DNA from: Gracilinanus agilis
Lineage: Eukaryota
DNA: 64,000 nt
Assembly (NCBI RefSeq): GCF_016433145.1
Contig: NC_058133.1
Coordinates: 476,105,058 to 476,169,057, forward strand
Direction: 5' to 3'
Below are positions 1 to 11,541 of the stretch, piece after piece; positions within the stretch are counted from its first letter, which is position 1, and every line of letters starts with the position of its first letter. The notes beneath the pieces are model-generated. The model saw nothing but the letters and a program-made list of their open reading frames with translations, was not told the origin of the DNA and ran no database searches. A program made the position numbers and the translations under genes.

Positions 1-767
1 TCTCCTCCTCTGTTTGCTCGGTTGTCTGGATTTTCTCTGTGTAAAAGTTGTCGAGTGTTAAAGGCTTCTTTTTCTTGTTGTTATTCTTTCTCTTCTGAGT
101 TTCCTGAGTCTGGATAGCCATCATTAGCCCAGCAGCTTCTCAGGTTTTTCCTCGCGCTCAGTGTCTGTCCGCGGTCAAGCCCCCTGGTGGATCCCCTTGC
201 TTGATCCTCTGCAGGAGGTTCCTTTACAAGTCTCAGGGCGCTGCTTCCACAGTCGTATACCCGTCTGCACTGGTTCCCCACTCAGGTTTTCAGAGCTTTA
301 GTTCCTGGCTGTGTCTGCCTCCACCCACGCCTCCGCCCGTGCCTGTGCTCTGCTCAGCCTGCGCTCTGCGCCCAGCGTCCGCTCTCTGCTCCAGCGCTCA
401 GATTTTGCTTGCGTTCTTTGGCTTACTGGGGTCTTAAATCTTGCTGCTCTCAGGAACAGGCCCCGGAGCTGCCAATGACTCGATGGGTGCCCCAAACTTG
501 CTCTATTTCTTTTTAGCTGGCTTCAGAGCTCTAGATCTTGTGTATGGAGGGGGTGGGGGTGGTGCGGTTGCTCAGCCCGCGATTTAGTGAGAGCCCTTTA
601 TAGCCTGGAAATATATCGATTCCACGTACCTTCCACGCTGTGCCCTGTTGTGGGGTTCCTCCGTTCGTCTGGACTTGTTTTTATGTCCCCTTGAGGAGTT
701 TTGTGTGTTTCGGTCAGGAGAGGTTAAGAGCTGCTTCTTACTCTGCCGCCATCTTAACCCGGAACCC
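1..767 (-). mobile_element. LINE-1 5' UTR (opossum L1 type), running off the left edge
   Basis: Reverse complement begins GGGTTCCGGGTTAAGATGGCGGCAGAGTAAG and aligns by eye with the L1 5' UTR at 30419-31075 that leads into ORF1; CpG-rich. Confidence 0.9.
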
Positions 768-2112
768 AAGAACTTGAATCTTAAAGAAAGGGTTACTTTA
801 AATTATTTCTAAGTTCAGTAAAGGCTGAATAAATTATAGTATATTAAAGTAATTGAATATTACTACACCATAACAAAAGAGATGATTTCAGTGAATCCTG
901 AGTGGTATGAACTGACAAGTAAGCAGGACCAGGTAAATAATTTATAAAAAGACAATGGCTTTATAAAGACAGGCAACTTTGAAAGACTTTAGTACTCTGG
1001 TCAAAGTAATGACCAGTGATATGAAGCTGGTTCCCTGACTCCTAACAGAAATGTTGGACACAGGGTGCACTAACATATGTTTTTGGACATGACCACTGTG
1101 TGGATTTCTTTTATTTGATGATACTTTTTTGTTACAAGTTTTCTTTTTTCTTTTTCTTCTCTTCTTGGGGCAGGGTTACAAAGGAGAGAGGAGTTAGCCG
1201 TATTGAATCCAGAAAAGGGGGGCCTTTGTAACAGTTTTTTAAATGGATAGATAATAGCAGAACGAAGTTTAGAAGGACATATAGAGCAGCAGAACAGTTT
1301 TGACAGTAAGACATAGAATATACTATATACTTCTTTTTGAAGCTAATAGTGTGAAATCAAGATACATAGAATTTCCTTTCTGTGTACTGTTGTATGTATG
1401 GAAATACACCCCCCCTTTTTTTTTTTTTTTAGTATTTAAGTTCAGAATACTCATTTTTTAAAAATCCTCAACTGTAGTATGCCCTTGTGGGAAGAGACAA
1501 GGGAGTCCAAATTTTTCTTGTGAAGGTTATTTTAACTTATTTGGTTTTATTCTTTTTGCTTTATTGGGCATGAATAAAAAGCTGTATGGGGGGCGGGTAG
1601 GAGGGTTTTTGTATGTTTGTCCAGCAGTGGTATAAAGGATGAATTGACTGAGCTAGGAAGATCTATTAGGAAACTACTGCATTACTCTGAATGATGTGAG
1701 GGAGTCTGTACTAGGGGGATAGCAGTTGGAATAGAGGGAAGGGGGACAGATGCCAGGGATATGCAAAGAGAGAATTCTATAAAACTTGGCTACTAATGGG
1801 ATATAAATAGTATGTTTCATTATTTGTCCATATCCATAGTTAAACCCATAGTTTCCCTTTTTCGCCTTATCCTCATACTAATCAATCACCAACCATTTAG
1901 GAGAAAATTATCCTTGGCTCTCTCCTCCCTTTCTCATCCCAATCCTTTTCAATCCTACCCTACTCTGGTCCCACTTTAACCCTACCTACCTTCTTTGCCT
2001 TCTAGAATTCCTGTTAAAGTATGAACTATCATTCCTTCATTCTGTACCATAGCATAGCATGACATGACTCAGAATACTCTTTGCTAGGTCTAATTTCTTA
2101 AATTTAAAAGGA

Positions 2113-2725
2113 GCTAAGTCAACTGTACAAAAAAAGCAAGCTATTCCCCAATTGATAAATGGGACATGAATAGGTAGTTTTCAAATAAAGAAATCAAAAC
2201 TATCAATAAACGCATGAAAAAATGTTCTAAATCTCTCATAATTAGAGAAATGCAAATCAAAACAACTCTGAGGTACCACCTCAGAACCTAGCAGATTGGC
2301 CAATATGACAGAAAAGGAAAATAATGAATGTTGGAACAGATGTAATAAAATTAGGACACTCATACACTGCTGGTGGAGTTGTGAATTGATTCAACCATTC
2401 TGGAGGGCAATTTAGAACTATGCCCAATGGACTTTTAAAAGAATGCCAGCCCTTTGATCCTGCCATATCATTGCTGGGTTTGCAACCCCCCAAAAATAAT
2501 AAGGAAAAATACATGTACAAAAATATTTATAGCTATGCTCTTTGTAGTGGCAAAACATTGGAAAATGAGGGGGTGTCCATTGATTGGGGAATGGCTGAAC
2601 AAATTGTGGTATCTGATGGTGATGGAATGCTATTATGCTGAAAGGAATGATGAACTGGAGGAATTCTATGTGAATTGGAATGATGTCTAGAAATTGATGC
2701 AGAGTGAAAGGAGCAGAACCAGGAG
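2113..2725 (+). mobile_element. LINE-1 ORF2 C-terminal fragment (degenerate)
   Basis: Translates in pieces to [41 protein letters not shown] and FDPAISLLG, typical of the L1 ORF2p C-terminus; frameshifts and stops. Confidence 0.85.
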
Positions 2726-3395
2726 AACATTATACTCCTCCCTTGGCGTTTCTAGAGTCTCTACTCTCAAGGAGGCTTCTTTGCCTTTCTAATTGTCAAA
2801 GGTTTCTAATTGTCAAAGGCCTTGCGGCTAGTTTATTTTTTTTTTATTTTTTATTATCCTGGGACTCCATTCTAGGAGCATAGGGCCACAACCAGTAGGC
2901 AATGGGTCGCTCAGGGTCACCCAGCTGGGAAGTGTCTGAGCCCGGATTTGAACCTAGGACGTTTCGTCTCTAGGCCTGGCTCTCAATCCACTGAGCTAGC
3001 CAGCTGCCCCTACTTTAGGTTGCAGTTTCTTTAGCAGATGTAGTTTTTACAGGGTGGGGTTGCTAGCCCCACGCCCAACCCTCCTCCTTTTTCATCCGGG
3101 ACCGTCCTTAGCCCAGGAGTGGTAAGGGTGGGCGATAGGGGTCAAGTGACTTGCGGCTAGTAGCCTAGTTTAATTAACCTCTGAACTCTCACCCGGTCCG
3201 GACCTCTGTTGGTCCAGACCAGAGTTTCTCTCTATTTCCCTACCTTCAACCTTCCTAATTGTAAATAAACTTCTATAAAAGGCATTCTTACTTGGGTCTG
3301 TTTTAAATATGGAATCAAACTAATCTGATTCCTGGCGACCACCATACTTTAAATATATCTAATTTCCCCTCTTAAACTCCCCACTTTAATTTCCA
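2726..3395 (+). mobile_element. ERV LTR remnant interrupted by a composite SINE
   Basis: AATAAA at 3264-3269 and TGGCGACCAC at 3333-3342 in LTR-like sequence; 5' boundary not resolved. Confidence 0.45.
2833..3149 (-). mobile_element. Composite SINE1/RTE-like retroposon
   Basis: 12-bp TSD CTTGCGGCTAGT at 2821-2832 and 3150-3161; A-rich tail at 2833-2856; SINE1 head at 2896-3010 plus non-SINE1 segments. Confidence 0.75.
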
Positions 3396-5119
3396 GACTG
3401 TCTCTTTACTGCCATCAATCCTTGCCTTCTTTAAAGCCCACTCAGTCAGAATTTTTCATTCATTCAAAATTATGGAGGTTCTAGAATACCAATTCCCAGC
3501 TCATTCTTGCTTCATTATTAAGAAACTTAGCATCTAACTCATTCTTTTCCTCTCCTTCTCAATTTCTGCCTTTATTCTAGGAGACTTTACTATTCACAAA
3601 GATGCTCCTTCAAATTCTCTAAACTCCCCAGTCCCTTAACCTCATTAATGACCTATTCCTTTACCATAGGCATACACAGAGATGATCACACTAGATTTTA
3701 TCCACAAGTTTTCCACGCTCCTGATCAGAAACTTCGATCTTCCTACATCTTATAGTAAAGAAAAAAAGATTAATACTGTGCTCTGAATTTTAGTCACAAG
3801 TCTGACCACCCATTTCTAGCTTAGAGAGTGATGTCCAAACCAGCCTAGCACCCCCAGCCTTCATGCCCTTAGACATATCCCTACCTCAAAACAATTAGAG
3901 ATAACACAAGAATCTTGAAATATGTAATATATGAAAATACAATTTTATGTTAGCATTTCAGAATAAAATAACAATATTTGCTATTCCATTCTTTCCTTGA
4001 TCTTTCCCTTCAAGAATTTAAAAAGGACACCTGTATCAAAAATCTCTTCTGATTATTGAAAATAATAATAGCTAACATTTATAAAGTATTTTTAAGGTTT
4101 GCAAAACTCTTTACAAATATTCACATTTTATTCTTATGGTGCCCTGCTGTTATTCACATTTTACAGATGAAGAAATTGGGACAGATAGCAGTTAAACGAC
4201 TTGCTGAGGTCCAACACCTAGTAAGTATCTGAGCTCAGATTTGAACCCAGACCTTTCCTGACTCCAGATCTAGCACTTTATCTACTAAGCCCTTTGCTAT
4301 CTTTTTCAAAATCTTTTCTGAATATTGGAAGAAAATACTTTCCTTTGAATGGAATTGGGGCACAATAGAAAATCAAGTCTAAGAATTTTGATTAAGTGCT
4401 TTCTATGACCCTGGGCAAGTTATTAACCCCATTTGCCTGTGTTTCCTCACCTTTGAAATGAGCTGGAGAAGGAAATGTCAAATCACTCTGGTGAATTTGC
4501 CAAGAAAATCCTAAATGGGATCAAGAAGAATTGGACACAACTAAAATGACTCAACAACAACATTCATTCATAGTGCTGAGGCTACAAGCAAAGGCATAAA
4601 CTGTTACCTGCTCTTTAGGAAATCAATCTACAGAGACAATATACAAATGACTGTGAACAGTTATTGGATTTATCATTCATAATCACAAAAGGAAGACATT
4701 AGCATTAGAGGGGATTAGGAAAGGCCTCTTGGAGAAGCTCTAACTTTAGCTGGGACTTGTAGGGAGCCAGGAGGCAGAAATGAAGGGAGAGAGAATTCTT
4801 GGCATGAAGGACAGCTATTGAAAATGCCAGAGTCAGAAAGAATAGTAAAGAGACCAGTGTCATTGAAAACAAACAGTACATGGTAAGTGGGATGTATGGG
4901 GTGCTGAGGGAGGACTAGAACCTCTTGTGTGAGGGCTTACCAAGCCCTTTTCAGAGCTGATCATCTCTCTTTGGTGTCTACCTTTCATTCAACTCTCATT
5001 TGTGGTTCCAAGAAGCTGTGGCATGCATTGCAACCGCATCCCAGTAAAACAATCTTTGCAGACAGGCTAAACCAGGTTGGGCATAACCAACAGGCCTCAA
5101 ACCCATTGGTGAGTTAGGG

Positions 5120-5830
5120 GCATTTCTATCTCAAACTCAACATGTCCAAAAGTGAACTCATCATTCTTTCTTTCCCTCATCATTCTTTCCCTCTCCCTAA
5201 TGTCCCTATTTTTATTAAGGTACTAGAAGGCTTCCAGACTCTCAGGTTTTTAACATTATCTTCAATTTCCCATTCTCCCTCACCTCATATGTCTGATCCA
5301 CTACCAAATCCTATTGTTTCAAAATCTTCAACATTTCTGGCCTCTTCCAGCTCCTCTTCTCTACTTGAACAGCTCCCATCTTAGTTCAGGCCCTCATCAC
5401 CTCTCACACTGATTATTTTAATAGCCTCTTAATTAGGTTCCCTACCTCATCTTTCCCCATTCCAGTCCATCCAACATACTTCAGCCAAAGTAATTTTCCT
5501 TAAGGGTAAATCTGATCCCATGACTTATTCAACTCCTGTGGCTCCCTACTGCCTATAGAATAAAATATTAATTCCTCTCTTTAGCTTTTAAAACCTTTTA
5601 CAAACTGGCTCTAACCTATCTTTACAGTTTTAATGGATATTACTATTTCTCCAGCACTCTCCCATTCAGTCAGACAACTCATCTTTCTCTACTTCACACA
5701 AGACATTAATTCTGTTGCCTGTCTATATTTCTTGGTCTTAGTCATCTCCCACATGCCTGAAATTCACTCTGTCCTTATTTATACTTCATAGAGTCCTTAT
5801 ATTGCTTTAAGATATAACTCAGCACCACAT
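5120..5830 (+). mobile_element. L2 LINE 3' region remnant
   Basis: Pyrimidine-rich L2-type motifs (ctcaaactcaacatgtccaaaagtgaactcatc, taattttcctt...aaatctgat); old and diverged. Confidence 0.6.
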
Positions 5831-5885
5831 TCTTTTTTTTCATTCTGAAAAAAATAAAACCAGCATTTCTATATACATTGTGGCA

Positions 5886-6079
5886 GGGGCAGCTGGGTAG
5901 TTCAGTGGAGTGAGAGCCAGGCCTAGAGACAGGAGCTCCTAGGTTCAAACCCGGCCTCAGCCACTTCCCAGCTGTGTGACCCTGGGCAAGTCACTTGACC
6001 CCCATTGCCCACCCTTACCAATCTTCCACCTATGAGACAATACACCGAAGTACAAGGGTTTAAAAAAAAAAAGTAAAAG
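5886..6079 (+). mobile_element. SINE1 (tRNA-derived opossum SINE)
   Basis: GGGGCAGCTGGGTAGTTCAGTGG head, B box GGTTCAAAC, A tail; 12-bp TSD TACATTGTGGCA at 5874-5885 and 6080-6091. Confidence 0.9.
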
Positions 6080-6091
6080 TACATTGTGGCA

Positions 6092-6660
6092 CAGGAGAGA
6101 ATTGTATATGGAACTACAATTTTCCATTATATAGAGCTTGCTTTTCTTTTAAAGCATATAATAAATTCAGCATGAAACTTTGCTTGTTTGTGATTCCTTC
6201 TGTTCTCTTCTCAATTTTTAGTCAGGGAGTGGTGATACTATTCCTGTACTTCACTAAAACAAAACCATTGTAACAAATATGCATAACCAAGCAAAATAAA
6301 CTCCCACATTGGCTATATCTAAAAATGTATCTCTTTCTGTATTATGAATCCATCAGCTTTCAGGAGGTGGGGGTAGCATGTTTCTCATCAGTATTTTAGA
6401 ATCAGGGTTATTCAGTGCATTGATTTTAGTACTTAAGTTTTTTCAAGTTGTTTGCTTTTTACAATGTTGTTATTATTTTAGAAACTATTCTCCTGGTTCT
6501 GCTCATTTCACTGTATCAGTTCATACCCAATAACAGGAATTCTCAAAACCATCCCTTTTGTCATTTCTTACAGCACAATAATATTCCATTATATTCATAT
6601 ATTAGTTTGTTCAGTTATTTACCAACTGATGGCCACTCCTTTAATTTCCAGTTCTTTTCA
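6092..6660 (-). mobile_element. Old LINE-1 3' region remnant
   Basis: ctattctcctggttctgctc...tcagttcata motif shared with the L1 at 9445-10838. Confidence 0.6.
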
Positions 6661-8183
6661 AGCCTTTTACATGAAGCCTCCCCAGATCCTTCCAAAACCA
6701 CCTTGTATTTAATTACTTTATATGTAATTTGTATGTATTCACTTTACATTTATGCTGTCCATATTTATGTATGAACTTGTCTTCTTTGCAAGAAGGGATT
6801 GTTTCATTTTTTCACATGTACCCCCAACACCTGGGAAAATCCTTTGTATATCATGGTTACTTATTAAATGTTTATTGTTTGAATGGTTGTGAAGGAAGAG
6901 TCAGGAGGATCCTACCAAATATTGGGACATGGGAGGTAAATATTGGTGCTGCTCCCAGAGATAGTTGAATCACAAGGAACAGGTTTGGAGAGAAAGGTAA
7001 TGAGCTTGGGACATCTGTGTGTTGTTGATGTCCCCTAGACAGAGATAGGTGTCTGTCTCTGAGGAAAGGTATAAGCAGCTACCTTCAAGGGTCTGGAAAA
7101 GGGAAGCACTTCCGTTGAAGGAGACCCAGTAATTTGAGAGATAGAAAGAAGACCAGGAGAGTGGAAAATCTCTGAAGCCTTTGGGAACAGGGAGATCTCT
7201 CTTCTTGTCAAAAGATGCAGAGATCAAAAGAAAAGATCTTTGAAATGAATAATCAATAGATTATTGGCATATTTTTTTAACCTGTGATTTCATTGATATG
7301 TTACCACCAGTGATATATCCATCCACCAGTTCTGCAGTTTATAGTCTGAGACATTTGCTGGGGACCCTGAAAAGTCAAGTGACTTACCTGGGTAACAGCA
7401 TTGGTCACTTTAAAAAAAACCCAACATTTTTGTCGAGTAGTGGGGTGCCTAAGCTAAAATGTAGAGGGTTAAGAAAAGAATAGATCTTAAGGAAGTGGTA
7501 GTATTGGGTCTAGAATACTTTGTCCAAAAGTAGCTCTTTTTTACAAAGAAAAGAGAGGGAAGCTGGAGGGTAGATTGTGTAGAAGGGTCAAAGGAAGGCA
7601 TTTCCTCCTTCCTCCCCCAATAATTAGGGAGATGATCATTTTTGTAGGGAGAAGGAATGGAGCCAGTGAGTAATAAGAAGAAATTGAAGATGTAAGAGAG
7701 GGACCATGTGCTACCTAGGTTGAGAGGGAAGAGAGAGGTTTTAGAAGCATAAGCTTTAGCCAAAGGATAAGGTATGGCCTTGAGTAAAGAGAGAAGAAAA
7801 CAGGCAAGGATACTGAATACTTGTCTTCAATTTCTTTAGTGCAGGATCTGCTCCAAATATGGTAGCTTGATATGTGCTTGTGGCTTTGAAGAGAGAAGAA
7901 AATGTTTCATTCCCCAGACATTGTGGGGAATGAAATATCACTAGCCCAGAGGTACCATCAGCTCAGATAGGAAGAGGGCCATATAATCGCTTGTTGTGAA
8001 CAAATCTGTTCTTTCTCTTGTTCCCCAATCTGAAATGGGCATCATCAAAATACATCATCAGAAAATGCCAACCTACTTCACAGAGTTGTTGTGACTGTCA
8101 AATAGGTTTAAAAAGGTTCAAATTTTAGACTTTTATTGGTTCCCCTCCCCCCCCCTTCCTAAACCCCTCCTTTCTCTTTTCAG

Positions 8184-8276
8184 GAGTCCCGACCTCTGCA
8201 TGTTGTATTGGGAAATGAAGCCTGTGACTTGGACTCTATGGTTTCTGCTCTCACTCTGGCCTTCTACTTGGAAAAT
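8184..8276 (+). CDS. PRUNE1: PRUNE1 exon 2 (exopolyphosphatase PRUNE1)
   Basis: cag|GAG...AAT|gtgagt; [31 protein letters not shown]. Confidence 0.95.
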
Positions 8277-8324
8277 GTGAGTGTCTGGGGACTGGGTAGA
8301 ATAGTATTCTTCCTTTTTATTTCT

Positions 8325-8530
8325 TTCATTTTTCTTTAAACTTTTACCTCTTGTCTTAGAATCAAATACTAGGTATTGGTTCCAAGGCAGAAGAGCAGTA
8401 AGGGCTAGGCAGTTGGGGTTGTGGTTTGCTCAGGATCACACAGCTAAGGAAGTGTCTGAGGCAAGATTTGAACTCAGAACCTCCAATGTCTGGACCTGGC
8501 TCTCTCTCCACAAAGACACCCAGCTGTCCC
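8325..8530 (-). mobile_element. SINE1
   Basis: Reverse-complement SINE1 body ending cagctgtccc; T-rich tail on the left. Confidence 0.8.
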
Positions 8531-10838
8531 AGTAGTCTTTCTAATTCAGCTTTCCACTTAACCTAGGCATTTTTATTCCATTATCCTAGGCTTCTGCTTA
8601 CTAATAATCCTTTACTTCCAATACACAGACTTCAAGGTCATCTATCATTTCATTGATTTTTACTTTCTCATTATGTAGATGTAGCTCAAAAGAACTGTAA
8701 GATGCACAGATTTAGAGACCTCTCTCCATCCCAAATGTTCATACAAGCTATTTGTGCCTGACCTTCGGTAGGGGCTTCTGAGCTTGTATTGGTTTGTTCA
8801 GCCATAATCAGATGTAGTGTGCATTGCCCATGACATAGTGATATCATTTTAGTCCTCTTCCAATGTGAAGGACAACTAGTTTAAAAGGAGGGTACTTTGA
8901 AAAACATAGATAAAGCATAAGAAATGGCTATAACTTAAAATTCACATCATGATTATTGTCCTAGATAGTGAAAAAGTAAGGTCCCAACCTGAGGTTATGT
9001 CACCCAGATTTTTCTCTGGCTCTTTCTATATATGTTGCCTTGTAGCTAAGAAATAAGCTTTCTCTTCTTTCATCCATCTTTTTTTAAAGCAGATGTTAAG
9101 TTTAATTCAACAAGCACTTGTTAAGTGCCTACAATAAATAAGGTATTTCATTAGGTACTAGAGAAGCAGAATCAAAAAACAAACAGCTCTAACTTCAATA
9201 TTATATTCTATAAATAACATCTCCCTTACCACTCTTTAAAATAAACCATAAAGCAAATATTAAAGATGGAATAATAACCAGAAAGAGAAATTAGGCATAA
9301 AGGAATCAATCATGTTATATACTTCATCCAGTGAAGTTATGATCATTTTTTTCTTTTTTTTAGGTTAAAGTTGAATATGTTGCCTTCTGGGGCCATTTTA
9401 GATTCCTTAGCTACTGATTTTGTTGGCTTTCCCCTTTTCTATGATAGTGATTTTTTTTAACTTTCTTTTCTTTCCTTTTTTAAGTTACAGGTAAAAACAA
9501 TTTTTGACGACTGTTTTTTGACATATTGTGATTCAGTTCTCTTCTTCCCTCATTCCCTCCTTGAGGCAGTAAATAAAATAGTTTGATATAGGTTACACCA
9601 GTGCCTTCATGCAATATATATTTCCATACTCCTCTTACCATGACAGAAGACACATCACACATATAAGAAAAAAATCATGAAGTAAACAAAATGAAAGTTA
9701 GTATGTTTTGATCAGCAATCAGATTCCAATAGTTCCTTTTTTGGCTATAAATTACATTTTTTCCCATGTGTTCGTTGGGGTTATTATTTTGGGATCTTAT
9801 TTGCTGATAATAGTTTAGTTCTTCATAGCTGATCATCATACAGTATTTCTGTTTCTGTATACACTATTCTCCTGGTTCTGCTCACTTTACTTTGCATCAG
9901 TTCTTATAAGGCTTTCTAGGTTTTTCTAAACTCATCCTGTTCATAATTTCTTATGGCACAATAATATTCCATTATAACCATATACCACAACTCAGCCATT
10001 TCCAGTTGATGGATGGCCCCTCAGTTTCTAATTCTTTGCCACTACAAAAAGAGCTGCTAAAAATATTTTTGTACAGGCAGGTCCTTTCCCCTAATTTTTG
10101 GGTCTTGCTGGGTCAAAGGGAATACATAGTTTTAAGGCCCTTTGGGCATGGTTCCATATTGCTTTCAGAATAGTTCTATCATTTCACAATTCTACCAACA
10201 GTGTATTAGTGTCCCAATTTTTCCACTATTTCTCCAACATATATCATTTTCCTTTTTTAATCATTAACCAATCTGGTAAGTGTGAAGTAGTCTTTTCTCA
10301 GAATAATTTAAATTTGAATTTCTCTAATCAGTAGTGATTTGAAGCATTTTTTTCATATGACTATGGATAGTTTTAATTTCTTCATCTGAGAACTGCCTGT
10401 TCACATCCTTTGACTATTTATCAGTTGGGGAATGCTTTGTATTCTTATAAATTTGATTCAGTTCTTTATATGTTTGAGAAATTAGGCCTTTGTCAGAAAT
10501 ACTATAAAATTTTTTCTCCAATTTGTTATTTCCTTTCCAATCTTCATTGCATTGGTTTTATTTGTATAAAACTTTTTTAATCAGATGTAATCAAAGTTAT
10601 CCATTTCATTTTTCATTATGTTCTCTGTGTCGTCATAAATTTTTCCCATATCCACAAATCTGACGGGTAAACTTTTCTGTATTCCCCTAATTTGTTTGTG
10701 GTATCACCCTTGATTTTTTAGCTCAAGTATCCATTTTGACTTTATTTTGGTATATAGTATGAGGTATTAGTCTATGCCTGGTTTCTATCATACTGTTTTC
10801 CAGTTTTCCTAATAGTTTTTGTCAAATAGTGAGTTTCC

Positions 10839-11541
10839 AATAAATGGTTAAATTGGTGTTTTGACTAAATAAGAATTTTTAAAAAGTAGCCAATTATTAT
10901 CCCTTAAGTCAGGAAAACTGTTAGCAGCTTTTAACAATTTGTTTAATTGGAATCTTAAGAAAATGAGGGAAATGTGGAAGGAAAAGAGGTAAGGAGACTG
11001 CCTAGCTTACCCTAAATGCCAATCTGGTGAAAAGAAGTTCGATCCCTGACAGAGTTCCAATCTCCACATGGGAATCCTAGTCACTCACCAGCAATCCAAG
11101 GCAACAGTGAACCCAACAAGAAAGTCCCTGATTTCAAGAAGCTCTGAAGCCAAAAGCTCCAAGTCAAAGTTGAAGTCCAAAAGCCCTGAGGAACTGGCCT
11201 CCAAAGGAGAAGTCCAAAGGAGAAGATCCAAGGAACAGAGACTCCAAAGAAGAACTCAAAAGGAAAAGCCCCTTGGACAGGAAGTCCAGGACTTTTTATA
11301 GTCCTTTTTCCACATCACTTCCTGTCCCCTCCCCACTTTTATGGGAACCAATCGAAGTTTTTCAGTTTGCCTAGTCCTGCCTGGGGGGTGGGGCAGTGGC
11401 CTCTGGAGTTGTCACCTACTCTAGCAAGTGACTTGTGAACTCTCATACTTAGTGACTGGTAAAGTACTAAGTAGGGATACTTAAGTTTTTTATTAACTTA
11501 AAAGTGCTTATTGACAGTCAAAGAGTTTGATTCACTCTTCA
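10839..11541 (-). mobile_element. Solo LTR inserted in L1
   Basis: Non-L1 block starting TG on the minus strand (ca at 11540-11541); L1 continuity restored if removed; possible 4-bp TSD TTCC/TACC. Confidence 0.65.

Noticed and set aside
11068-11301. Ser/Lys-rich 77-aa ORF
   Set aside because: Arises from short AAGTCC-type tandem repeats inside a solo LTR, antisense to the element.
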